Part shown: positions 20,242 to 29,390 of the stretch, one piece after another | Layout of the letters: each line of letters starts with the position of its first letter | Numbering within the stretch: position 1 is the stretch's first letter | Assembly: GCA_963730185.1 (NCBI GenBank) | Contig: CAVSQW010000009.1 | Location: 256,001-320,000 of the forward strand | Length of the DNA: 64,000 nucleotides | Direction of reading: 5' to 3' | DNA from: an uncultured Gemmatimonadales bacterium | GTDB taxonomy: Bacteria > Gemmatimonadota > Gemmatimonadetes > Gemmatimonadales > GWC2-71-9 | Position numbers and translations under genes: made by a program | Notes under the pieces: model-generated | What the model saw: the letters and a program-made list of their open reading frames with translations, nothing else | The model's database searches: none | What the model was told of the DNA's origin: nothing

Positions 20242-20811
20242 TCAGGCCACGTCCCAGGCGCGCTCGACCTCGTCGGTGGCGCGGCGGAGCACCTCGATTA
20301 CCCGCTCCAGCGACGGGTGATCGGGACCGTAGCGCCAGGCTCGGCGGAAGGTGACCGACGCCAGCTTGGCGAACGCGGAATTCAACTCGGCCATCCGCCC
20401 GCCGGCGAACCCGCGGATCGTGTCGCGGACCCGCTCCAAGATGCCGTCGAGGGTCTCCGCGTTCTCCTCGAGAAACGCCTCGCCCTCGGCGGTGATCGAA
20501 TAGACCCTCTTGCCCTCGTGCTCGACCGACTTGACGTAGCCCTGGTCCTCCAGGAGCTGAAGGGTGGGGTAGATCGTCCCCGCCGAAGGCGTATAGCAGC
20601 CGGCGAACCGCTCCTCCAGCTCCTTAATCACGTCGTAGCCGTGACGGGGCTTTTCGCGGAGGAGACGGAGAATTACGAACTTGATCTCGCCGGCCTCGAA
20701 CATCGGTTGGCGGCGCTTCCGGCGCCGCTGCTTTCGCGACCAGTCGCGCCCCCACCAGTCGAAGCCGAGGAGGTCACCGAGATCGAAGCTCCAGTCGTCG
20801 TGGCTGGCCAT
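20242..20811 (-). CDS. PadR family transcriptional regulator
   Basis: ILRLLREKPRHGYDVIK, PSAGTIYPTLQLLEDQG, KRVYSITAEG; start at MASHDD is approximate. Confidence 0.92.
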   Translation of the reverse strand: MASHDDWSFDLGDLLGFDWWGRDWSRKQRRRKRRQPMFEAGEIKFVILRLLREKPRHGYDVIKELEERFAGCYTPSAGTIYPTLQLLEDQGYVKSVEHEGKRVYSITAEGEAFLEENAETLDGILERVRDTIRGFAGGRMAELNSAFAKLASVTFRRAWRYGPDHPSLERVIEVLRRATDEVERAWDVA

Positions 20812-20872
20812 GATATTCACCCAGGTTGGGCGGAAGCGAGACCCCAGATGGGCCTCGGCTCGTCGCGTTGTT

Positions 20873-20926
20873 CGATATGACGTCGACATATCTCCAGATA
20901 TAGCTAGCACAGCACACGATATATCG
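20873..20926. promoter_or_regulatory. Array of CGATATATCG-like boxes, probable PadR operator
   Basis: Perfect palindrome CGATATATCG 20917-20926 plus degenerate copies starting at 20873, 20884 and 20896 in an AT-rich patch upstream of padR. Confidence 0.6.
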
Positions 20927-20936
20927 ATTGTTCAGA

Positions 20937-20963
20937 TACGGAACTGCGACTTCAGCTGTTTCA
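20937..20963 (-). promoter_or_regulatory. ECF sigma-type promoter of the padR-hlyD-ABC operon
   Basis: TGAAAC (20963-20958)-N17-CGTA (20940-20937); same boxes and spacing as 9132-9106. Confidence 0.55.
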
Positions 20964-20993
20964 ACGGACGCGAAAAGGGTGTGGCGGAGGGAC

Positions 20994-21278
20994 TCAGGGC
21001 TCCAGGCCGGCAGCTCTAAGGAACCGGGTGGTGAGGGTCTCGAGGCGGTCGTCGTCGCCCTCGATCGCTTCCGCAAGTAGCTGCCGCACCTCGGCTTCCA
21101 GGCGCGGATCGCCCCAGCGGAAGCCGGTGGCTTCCTCGGCGCCGATGGAATCGCCCTGATTGGCGCCGGCAATCAGGGTGCGGGCCGCCGCCATCGGATA
21201 GCCGGGGTCGTCGCGGGCCGGGAGGACGTAGCGGGGCGGTGGCTCACCCTGATCCTCGTTGACGAAAGCGCGGGACAT
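20994..21278 (-). CDS. Small hypothetical protein (94 aa)
   Basis: MSRAFVNEDQGEPPPRYVLPARDDP...; natural composition, fills the gap between genes. Confidence 0.65.
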   Translation of the reverse strand: MSRAFVNEDQGEPPPRYVLPARDDPGYPMAAARTLIAGANQGDSIGAEEATGFRWGDPRLEAEVRQLLAEAIEGDDDRLETLTTRFLRAAGLEP

Positions 21279-21402
21279 GAACCGAAGATACCCCGGTTGG
21301 CCGCTCCCCTTAATGGTTGGGCCGTGGCGACGTCGTGGATGTGGAATGCAGGGACCCCAAGGGTCAGGGGTGCTGGCCCGGGATCCGATTGGAGGACCGA
21401 AC

Positions 21403-22124
21403 ATGTCGACCCGTACGATAGGCCTCGTGACCGGGGGCTGGCGTTGGCGCTGGCGCTGCCGCTCGTGGCCCAAACGCCGCCCGCCGATCAGCCGGCTCGC
21501 CCGCCCGAGCTGCCGATTGGCGCCGAACGAGCCTTGGGAATGAGGGCGCAGCTGGGCCTCTCCGCCCAGCAGATCGATCGGCTGGAAGCCATCCGAAAGA
21601 CCCAACTCGAGGGCCGGCAGGCGCGAATGAGCGAGATGCTGGATCTCCGGTCTCGACTGGAGGCCGGCGACATTTCGAGGGACCGGTTTCGGGCCGAGCT
21701 CGAGGCGCGCCGGGAGACGGTGCGAGTCCGGACACCGGCCGAGGGAAGTCGGGTCCGCGACATCCTGACCGACGCGCAACGGGAGAAGTTCGGGACCCTG
21801 CGGCGAGAGGCCATGCGCGAGCGTCGGTTCGCCGGCCGGGGCGGGTCGTTCCGGCGAGGAGGCGGCCGGGGGGCCGTGGTGTTCGGCCGGTCTGGCTTCG
21901 GGCGCCGGGGCTTCGGGCCGGGCCGACTCCCCGGCTTCCGCCGGGCTCCGGGTAACCGGGGAATGGGGCCCGGCCTGCCACCTGGCGGGCGACCGAGGGT
22001 GGGTGGCGCTCCCGGTCAGATGTGGCGCCGCGGACCCGACGCCGGGCCGGTCGCCCCTCGCTTCAATCGGGTCCGTCCCCGCCCGGATTCCACGGCGGTC
22101 CGTCCGCCGGACGACGGTCGGTAG
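21403..22124 (+). pseudogene. Spy/CpxP-like periplasmic protein with a frameshift in its signal peptide (real or sequencing error)
   Basis: SD GGAGG and ATG 21403 (MSTRTIGLVTG) are out of frame with LALALALPLVAQ...LGLSAQQ...ILTDAQRE; junction is the G5 run 21433-21437. Confidence 0.65.
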
Positions 22125-22133
22125 GTGTCACCG

Positions 22134-22166
22134 CTCGAGCCCGGTCCCGGTCGGACCGGGCTCGAG
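22134..22166. terminator. 14-bp GC hairpin between convergent genes
   Basis: CTCGAGCCCGGTCC-cggtc-GGACCGGGCTCGAG; no U-tract. Confidence 0.6.
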
Positions 22167-22202
22167 GTCGTTCGGCGAGTCTTACCCGTCGCCGGGACCG
22201 GG

Positions 22203-23621
22203 TCACCGGTCCCATAGGTTGTGGATGTCGCCGCAGACGGACGGCATCCCCTCGACCTTTCCCTCCGTCAAGACGTACAGCATGGCCGGGCGGGCGCAGC
22301 CGAAGCCGGCGCCGTGGGCCTCGTTCCGCACGACGATGTGGCGGGAGTTGGGGAGGTGCTCGGCGACCCGCTCCGCGACGTCCGGCGGGGTGACCGGATC
22401 GAACCAGCCCGAGAAGAGGACCGTCGGCGTGCCGGTCTGGAGCGGCTCTCGGGTGTGGGGGCCGATCGGCGCCCGGACCCACTCGTCGCAGATGGTCCGA
22501 TACTCGTCCGCCAGGTAGGTCCCCATGAAGCTGCCGGCCACCAGCGAGGGGATCTCCGCCGGCCGGATGAAGGGCACGTCCTCCGCGCAGAAGATCGCGA
22601 AGTGGAGCCCGTCCGCGAACGTTTCGGCGAAGTCGGCGGCCCGGCTCCAATAGGCTTGGGCGAAGTCGCTCAGGTCACCGGTGGAATCGGCTCGGTGGAT
22701 CAGCCCGGGCAAGGCGCGCGCGCCGCGACTGGAGTAGAGCAGGCCCCGCACGGCGTAGCGGAAGTCCCCCAGCGACATGGAGACCTGCGCCCCGGTCGAA
22801 TCCGGCCGCCGGACCGAGGCGGTCACGGGGCCCGCGGCGAAGCGCTCCATCAGGCGCCCGAACGCGCCGGCCAGGTCCGGATTGCCGGTGGCGCAGGGCG
22901 AATAGGCCGCGCAGTCGGCGAAGACCCGCTGGAGCGATTGCTCGACCGAGGCGGCGTACCCGGCCGGAGCGCGGAAGTCGAAGGGCACCACGCCGTCCAG
23001 GACGGCGGCCGTGACCCGGTCAGGATGCGCCTTCACGTACGCCTGGGCGATTCGGGTCCCGTACGACCCGCCCCAGACGATGACCCGGTCGTAGCTGAGG
23101 GCGGCCCGAACGTCGTCGACGTCCTCGACCGCGATCTCCGTGGTGTAGAAGCGGAGGTCGGCGTGGCGTTCGAGGTCGCCTCGGCAGCCGGCGAACAGGG
23201 CCGGGTCGAAGACGTGGCCGAACGCCGACTGCGGTTTCGCCACGACGTCGGCGACGCAGCGGAGCAGGTTGGAGCCGCCGGTGCCGCGCTGATCGACCAT
23301 CACGATGTCCCGGGTCTTCAGGACCGGCCCGAGAACGGCCCGAGCCATGTCGGCGAGCTCGGTGCTACCCTGACCCGGTCCGCCGGCGAAGAGGAAGACC
23401 GGCTCTCGACGGCCGGGGGCCCTTGCCCGGAACACCGCGAAGTGGATATGGAGCCGGCGACCGATCGCGGCCGCGCGATTCTCCCAGACCAGGACGGCCC
23501 CGCATTGGGCGCTGGGGCCCAGGCTCCGGTCCTGGCAAGGGTGGAGCGCCTGGGCTTCGGCCAACGGGGCCGAGCCCCCGAGCAGGGTCCCGAAGATCGC
23601 GGCGATCGTGGTGACCTTCAT
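22203..23621 (-). CDS. Secreted alpha/beta hydrolase (tripeptidyl-aminopeptidase-like)
   Basis: Signal peptide, AGGPGQ, DQRGTG, GGSYG nucleophile elbow, FDPVTP, C-terminal His. Confidence 0.88.
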   Translation of the reverse strand: MKVTTIAAIFGTLLGGSAPLAEAQALHPCQDRSLGPSAQCGAVLVWENRAAAIGRRLHIHFAVFRARAPGRREPVFLFAGGPGQGSTELADMARAVLGPVLKTRDIVMVDQRGTGGSNLLRCVADVVAKPQSAFGHVFDPALFAGCRGDLERHADLRFYTTEIAVEDVDDVRAALSYDRVIVWGGSYGTRIAQAYVKAHPDRVTAAVLDGVVPFDFRAPAGYAASVEQSLQRVFADCAAYSPCATGNPDLAGAFGRLMERFAAGPVTASVRRPDSTGAQVSMSLGDFRYAVRGLLYSSRGARALPGLIHRADSTGDLSDFAQAYWSRAADFAETFADGLHFAIFCAEDVPFIRPAEIPSLVAGSFMGTYLADEYRTICDEWVRAPIGPHTREPLQTGTPTVLFSGWFDPVTPPDVAERVAEHLPNSRHIVVRNEAHGAGFGCARPAMLYVLTEGKVEGMPSVCGDIHNLWDR

Positions 23622-23652
23622 GTTGCCTCCGAGCGGGACCCGACGAATCGGC

Positions 23653-25023
23653 TCACCGCGTGGACCGGGGCGCCGCGGCCGTTCGCCGCGACCAGTGCCA
23701 GTAGAACGGGAGCCCGACCAGCACCAGCGCCAGCCCCACCGCCGACTCCAGGGTCCGTTCCCGCGCGAGCGAGACGAGGTAGGCCGCCGAGATGGCCAGA
23801 AACAGCACCGGCGTGACGGGGTAGCCCCAGACCCGGTAGGGCCGCGGGAGGTCGGGCTCGTGCCGCCGAAGCAGGAAGATGCCGAACACGGCCAGGCAGA
23901 AGAAGGTGTAGTCGGCGAATCCCAGGTAGCTCAGGATCCGCTCGTAACTGCCGGAGAGCGCGAAGCCGGCGGCCAGAGCGCCCTGCAACACGATGGCTCG
24001 AACCGGGACCGCCGATCGGGCGCCCACCCGTTCCATGCCGCGAAAGAACAGGCCATCGCGAGCCAGAGCATACGCGATCCTGGGATAGGCCAGGATGGCG
24101 ACGTTGAGCGCTCCGAAGGTGGAGATCATCACCGCGGCCGCGACGAATCCCGCGCCCCACGGGCCGACGGCGGTCTGCATGGCGTCGGACGCGACCAGGG
24201 TCGATGCCTGGAGCTGGTCGAACGGCAGGATCGAGAGGTAGGACAGGTTCACGCCGATGTACACGGCGAGCACGATCGCCATCCCGGCGATGATCGACCG
24301 GGGAAGATTTCGGGCCGGGTCGCGAATCTCCTCGGCAACGTAGGTGCTGAACATCCAGCCGTTGTAGGCGAACAGTGTCGGGATCATGGCGGTCCCGACG
24401 GCCAGCCAGAGGCCCGGCCGGTGGTCCGCTGGGAGGAGCGGAGTGAGCCCTTGCAGCGTGCCGGAGCCGCCGGCCAGCGGCACCACGATGATGGCGCCGA
24501 GGGTGGCGAGTTTGAGGACCGTGAGGAGGTTCTGGATCTGGCCGCTCTGTCGGACCCCCCAGCAGTTGACCATGGTGAGGCTCGCGATGGCGGCCACCGC
24601 CACGAGCCGGATGCCCGCCTCGCCCCAGGGCAGGATGCGGTGCAGGAAGAACCCGGCGTAGCTGGCGAACGCCGTAGCCACGGCCGCGATCGACCCGGCG
24701 CCGTCGACGAAGAAGAAGGTCCACCCGGCCAGGAAGGCGAGGAGGGGGCTCCGGTAGATCCGGCGAATGAAGGCGTAGGTGCCACCGGCTTCGGGCAGGG
24801 CGGCTCCCAACTCCGCGAAACAGAGGGCGCCGCAGGTGGCGAGGAGGCCGGCGAGCACCCAGACGAGCAGGCTCAGACCGGGCGCGCCGACATTCCGTGC
24901 CACGATGCTCGGCGCGAGAAAGATGCCCGAGCCGATGATGCCGCCGACCACCAGCGCGATCGCCTCCGGGGCGCCGAGGCCGCGGTGGAGCGGGTTCCGC
25001 CCGGACGACGGGTCGGGGCTCAG
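23653..25023 (-). CDS. APC family amino-acid permease
   Basis: VGGIIGSGIF, FAELGAALPEAGG, FAYNGW, AEEIRDPARNLP, RPYRVWGYP; start uncertain (CTG 25023 inferred; first canonical GTG 24951 lies inside TM1). Confidence 0.88.
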   Translation of the reverse strand: MSPDPSSGRNPLHRGLGAPEAIALVVGGIIGSGIFLAPSIVARNVGAPGLSLLVWVLAGLLATCGALCFAELGAALPEAGGTYAFIRRIYRSPLLAFLAGWTFFFVDGAGSIAAVATAFASYAGFFLHRILPWGEAGIRLVAVAAIASLTMVNCWGVRQSGQIQNLLTVLKLATLGAIIVVPLAGGSGTLQGLTPLLPADHRPGLWLAVGTAMIPTLFAYNGWMFSTYVAEEIRDPARNLPRSIIAGMAIVLAVYIGVNLSYLSILPFDQLQASTLVASDAMQTAVGPWGAGFVAAAVMISTFGALNVAILAYPRIAYALARDGLFFRGMERVGARSAVPVRAIVLQGALAAGFALSGSYERILSYLGFADYTFFCLAVFGIFLLRRHEPDLPRPYRVWGYPVTPVLFLAISAAYLVSLARERTLESAVGLALVLVGLPFYWHWSRRTAAAPRSTR

Positions 25024-27146
25024 GGGGGGCTCGAAGGCGCGGGGTAGCGCAGCGCGAGCGTGGACAGGGCCTCGGGGGACCCGATCACGGTCAAGCGATC
25101 GCCGTCATCGACCGTCATGTGCCCCCGGGCGGCGACCGACCGCCCGTCGCGACCGATCAGGGCGACCAGACTGCCGGGCGGCAGGTCGAGGTGATTCACC
25201 GCCCGGCCGATGAGGGCACCGGTCGCGGTGCCGGCGACGACCCGGAGGGTCACGAACCGCTCGTCGCGGAGGAGGATCTCCTTGAGGTCCTGGTCACCGC
25301 CGGCGGCCAGCCAGCTCGCCAGGAAGCCGGGATCCTCCACCCGGCTCGCGAGCTGCGCCAGGATCCGGAGATGGCGACCGGGGTCGCTCTCGCCACTCAC
25401 CAGGAAGAAGACGGCCCGGACCGGAATCTCGTCGGGACCCGCCAGCTCCCCGCCGGCCTCGAGCGTCACCCCGCCCCGGCACCGGGCCACGACCAGCTCC
25501 GAGGCCTGGATCTCCGGCAGCCGGGTATGGAGCAGGGCCGCCCCCTTGGCGATGGCCGCCTCGCCCACGGTGACGCCGCTGCCTAACGTGACCTCGAGGG
25601 CCGCCGGGGTCGCCCGGGTGCGGCGGGCCAGAGCGGTGGCGGCCTCTTCGACGATCGCGGGCAGAGTGGTCGCCTCGTCGTGGTCCAGCACCTCGCTCGC
25701 GGCGACCAGCTCGTCGAACGGATCCTTGGCCCGGAGTCCCTTCTCCTTCATGATGCCGCGGAGCTCCCGCTCGATGCCCGCGAACCGGCGCCGTCCCAGG
25801 CGCTCGAACACGTGGAAGATGGCGCCGTCCCGTTCGATCCTGGCCCGGGCGTAGTGGTTGTACCAGCCGACACAGGCCGCCGTCACTCCGGCGGTAAAGA
25901 GCACCGACAGCCAGCCCATCTCGGCCACCAGGACCAAGGCGACGAAGATGCCGGCCAGCTGGAGCCAGGGATAGAGCGGCGCCCGGAAGCCGGGGTCGTA
26001 TGACTCGATCCGGCTCTCCCGCATCACGATCACGGCCACGTTGATCAATCCGAAGAGCAGGAGCTGGAGCGCGCTCGCCAGCTTGGCGACGCTCTCGACC
26101 CGGAGGACGAGCAGCAGCACGACCAGCAAGCTGCAGGTGAGAGCAATCGACGCCACCGGCGTACCCTTGGCGCTGGTGGCGGCGAGCCGATCGGGAAAGA
26201 GCCGATCGCGAGCCATCGCCAGCGGATAGCGAGAGGCCGCCAGAATCCCGGCGTTGGCCATCGACGCGAAGGCCACGATCGCGGCGCCGACCATGAGCCA
26301 GACCCCGATGTGGCTCGGAAGCCACCGGGTCATGGTGCCGGCCGCGTCGGCGACCGGCGTGAGGCTCCCGCTCAACCGGTCCGTCCCCAAGGTCGCCACC
26401 ATCACGAAGACGCCGGCCGCGTAGATCACCGTCACGGTAACCAGTCCGAGGGTCATGCCCAGCGGAATGTTCCGGTCCGGATTCTTCACCTCCTCGGCCA
26501 GGCTCGCGACCTTGGTGAGTCCGATGAACGACACGAACACCAGACCGATGGCCTCGAGGAATCCGTGGCTTCCGTTGGGGAAGAAGGGCGCGAAGCGCTG
26601 GAGCGCGTCACCCCGAGGTTCGCGGCCGAGCAAGTCGGCGAAACCGTGGAGGACGAAGAAGGCCAGGACGGCGAGCATCACCAGCACGAAGATCCGGAGG
26701 AGCCCGCTGGACGCCTTGGCGCCGGCGATGTTCACCAGACCCAGCAGCACCGCCCACGCCACCGCGGTGGTGACGACTGGAAGATCGAGGACCAGGGCGA
26801 CGTAGGCCCCCATGCCGATCAGCGCGAAGGCGCTCTTGAGCACCATCGTGAGCCAGGTGCCGACCCCGCCGATGGTTCCGACCAGCGGTCCCAGAGTGCG
26901 GTCCAGGAAGTAGTAGGCACCTCCGGCCCGCGGCATCGCCGTCGCCAGCTCGGCCTGGCTCAGCATGGCCGGGACGATGAGAAATCCGGCGGCGATGTAG
27001 GCGAGGACCACGCCGGGGCCGGCGTGGCGAGCCGCCAGACCGGGCAGGATGAAGAAGCCAGAGCTGATCATGGCGCCCACGCAGACCACGTAGACGTCGA
27101 ACAGCCCCAACTCCTTGTCCAGCCGCTTGAAGTCGAGGAGGCGCAT
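25020..27146 (-). CDS. APC permease with C-terminal PTS-EIIA-like and RCK_C (TrkA-C) domains
   Basis: GAMISSGFFILPG, AEEVKNPDRNIP; GAALLH...HLRILAQLA (EIIA-2-like); LDLPPGSLVALIGRDG...GDRLTVIG (RCK_C). Confidence 0.85.
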   Translation of the reverse strand: MRLLDFKRLDKELGLFDVYVVCVGAMISSGFFILPGLAARHAGPGVVLAYIAAGFLIVPAMLSQAELATAMPRAGGAYYFLDRTLGPLVGTIGGVGTWLTMVLKSAFALIGMGAYVALVLDLPVVTTAVAWAVLLGLVNIAGAKASSGLLRIFVLVMLAVLAFFVLHGFADLLGREPRGDALQRFAPFFPNGSHGFLEAIGLVFVSFIGLTKVASLAEEVKNPDRNIPLGMTLGLVTVTVIYAAGVFVMVATLGTDRLSGSLTPVADAAGTMTRWLPSHIGVWLMVGAAIVAFASMANAGILAASRYPLAMARDRLFPDRLAATSAKGTPVASIALTCSLLVVLLLVLRVESVAKLASALQLLLFGLINVAVIVMRESRIESYDPGFRAPLYPWLQLAGIFVALVLVAEMGWLSVLFTAGVTAACVGWYNHYARARIERDGAIFHVFERLGRRRFAGIERELRGIMKEKGLRAKDPFDELVAASEVLDHDEATTLPAIVEEAATALARRTRATPAALEVTLGSGVTVGEAAIAKGAALLHTRLPEIQASELVVARCRGGVTLEAGGELAGPDEIPVRAVFFLVSGESDPGRHLRILAQLASRVEDPGFLASWLAAGGDQDLKEILLRDERFVTLRVVAGTATGALIGRAVNHLDLPPGSLVALIGRDGRSVAARGHMTVDDGDRLTVIGSPEALSTLALRYPAPSSPP

Positions 27147-27169
27147 GGCGACCCGGGGCGAACGTGAGA

Positions 27170-27583
27170 CTACGGGGTCTCGGGTGTCATCGTGTAGCAC
27201 CAGGTCTCACCCTCGAGCACCACGGTGCCGTCGGCCCGGGTCACCTGGACCGCGAGTTGGGTCACCGGCTTGGTGGGGTGGACGCTCACCACCCGGGCGG
27301 ACGCGGTGATCGTGTCGCCGATGAAAACCGGCGCCGTGAACTTCCAGTCCTGGCTCAGAAACACGGTCCCCGGGCCGGGGAGGTCCATGGCGACCAGAGC
27401 GTGGAGCAGGCCGGTCGTGAGGCCTCCCTGCGTGACCAGCCGTCCGAACCGGGTCTTCGCGGCGAACGCCTCGTCGAAGTGGAGCGGATTGTAGTCGCCC
27501 GAGATCTCAGCGAACTTGGCCACGTGGTCGGCCGTGACGGTGAGGGAGCGGCGGGCTTCCTGTCCGACGACGGGTCGGGGCAT
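27170..27583 (-). CDS. MaoC family (R)-specific dehydratase
   Basis: FAEISGDYNPLHFD, LPGPGTVF, FTAPVFIGDT. Confidence 0.92.
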   Translation of the reverse strand: MPRPVVGQEARRSLTVTADHVAKFAEISGDYNPLHFDEAFAAKTRFGRLVTQGGLTTGLLHALVAMDLPGPGTVFLSQDWKFTAPVFIGDTITASARVVSVHPTKPVTQLAVQVTRADGTVVLEGETWCYTMTPETP

Positions 27584-27680
27584 GGTCGAAACCTCGATCG
27601 AGCGGGGACACAGGATAAGATGGCGGGCGCGGCGCTCCGGCGCGAGGTTGGCCGGGACCGCGCCAGGGCCCGTCGACGGA

Positions 27681-29159
27681 TTAGGACCCCAGCACCGCTG
27701 GGACGAGCAGGGTGCCGATGAGGGTGATCAGCGCGATGGCGAGCAGGTTCATCAGCAGACCGGCCTTGGCCATCTGGGGGATGGTCAGGTATCCGGAGCT
27801 GAAGACGATCGCGTTGGGCGGCGTCGCCACCGGCAGCATGAAGGCCATCGACGCGGCCAGGGCGGCGGAAGCCATCAACACGACGGGCGGCTCGCCCAGC
27901 GCCACCGCGGCGCCGGCCATGATCGGCATGGCCATGGTGGCGGTCGCCGCGTTGGACGTGATTTCGGTCAGGAACACGATCAGCGCCACGACCACCAAGA
28001 TGACGGCCCAGACCGGCGCCGATTGGAGCGTGCTCACGAAGGAGCCGATCCAGGCGGCCAGCCCGGACTGGTCCATGGCGCGGGCCAGCGACAGCCCCCC
28101 GCCGAAGAGCAGCAGCACACCCCAGGAGATCCGGCTCCCGGTCCGCCAGTCGAGGGCAAACTCCCGGCGCCGGGCGTCGATCGGGACGCAGAAGAGAGCG
28201 ACCGCGGCGAGCATGGCGATGGTGGAATCGCGGAGGCCGGGGGCCAGGGTGGTGAGTCCCGGGAGGTGAAGCGCGCCGATCGTCTTCGGCGACCGGAGGA
28301 TCCAGGCCAGGGCGGTCAGTACGAACACGGTTCCGACGACCCGTTCCGACCGACTCATCGGGCCGAGGCCGGCCCGCTCCCGCTCGATCAGGTCGGCCGC
28401 GTCGCCGGCCAACCGCCCGGGCGGATGGAGGATCCGGGTCAGGACGATCCACCCGAGGGGCAGCATGATCGCGGCGACCGGCCCCCCGACCAGCATCCAC
28501 TGGCCGAAGCCGATCCGCACCCCGGCCAGCTCCCGCGCGGCGCCGGCCATCACGGCGTTGGGCGGGGTGCCGATCAAGGTCGCGACGCCCCCGATCGAGG
28601 CCGCATACGCGATCCCGAGCATCATGGCGACGCCGAAGTGAAAGGGACCCTCCTGGTCCTTGGGGCGGAGCATCTCGCTCACCGCCAGCGCGATGGGAAG
28701 CATCATCGCGGCGGTCGCGGTGTTGGAGATCCACATCGAGAGGAACCCGGTTGCCAGCATGAAGCCGAGGACGAGCCGGGAGGGGCTGGTTCCGACGGCG
28801 GCCACGATGCCGAGCGCCAGCCGCCGGTGAAGTCCGGACCGCTCCATCGCCGCCGCGATGAAGAACCCTCCCATGAACAGGAAGATCAGCTCGTCGGCGT
28901 AGGGCGCGGCGGCCTGGCTCATGTCGAGGATGCCAAGCAACGGAAAGAGGGCCAGCGGCAGCATCGCCGTCACCGGGATCGGGACCGCCTCGGTGATCCA
29001 CCAGGTTGCCATGAGCAGGGCGACCGCGGCGGTGCGCCACCCGGCCGGCGAGAGGCCCGAGGGCGGCGGCATCACCAGGAGGACGAGGCAGAGGATTGGG
29101 CCGATCGCGAGACCGATCCGGGCTGGTCCCGCTCGATCAGGTCCTGAGGGGGACGACAC
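27681..29159 (-). CDS. DASS/SLC13 family Na+:dicarboxylate or sulfate symporter
   Basis: WWITEAVP, SMWISNTAT, TLIGTPPN, TEITSNAAT, FMLPVATPPN; start approximate. Confidence 0.92.
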   Translation of the reverse strand: MSSPSGPDRAGPARIGLAIGPILCLVLLVMPPPSGLSPAGWRTAAVALLMATWWITEAVPIPVTAMLPLALFPLLGILDMSQAAAPYADELIFLFMGGFFIAAAMERSGLHRRLALGIVAAVGTSPSRLVLGFMLATGFLSMWISNTATAAMMLPIALAVSEMLRPKDQEGPFHFGVAMMLGIAYAASIGGVATLIGTPPNAVMAGAARELAGVRIGFGQWMLVGGPVAAIMLPLGWIVLTRILHPPGRLAGDAADLIERERAGLGPMSRSERVVGTVFVLTALAWILRSPKTIGALHLPGLTTLAPGLRDSTIAMLAAVALFCVPIDARRREFALDWRTGSRISWGVLLLFGGGLSLARAMDQSGLAAWIGSFVSTLQSAPVWAVILVVVALIVFLTEITSNAATATMAMPIMAGAAVALGEPPVVLMASAALAASMAFMLPVATPPNAIVFSSGYLTIPQMAKAGLLMNLLAIALITLIGTLLVPAVLGS

Positions 29160-29390
29160 GGGCGACGAGACGTCCTTTCGACGAGCGGGCGACGAGGTGT
29201 GGGGTGGGAGACCCGGAGAAGGTGCGTTCGAGGTGAAACCGGGGCAACCCCCGCCTCTGCCTGCGTCCGGCTGGGCTCCGAGGCCTGGGATCTGATCCTG
29301 ATCTCGCACCCGAGGCATCACTTCGACGAGCCCACCTGCCGGGCGCCGCGGCGGTCGTGGCCGCGAAACCGGGGTCGGCCGCGGGCTCCG

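Noticed and set aside
29160..29390. Possible riboswitch upstream of the DASS symporter
   Set aside because: No recognisable aptamer motif or convincing stem pattern by eye
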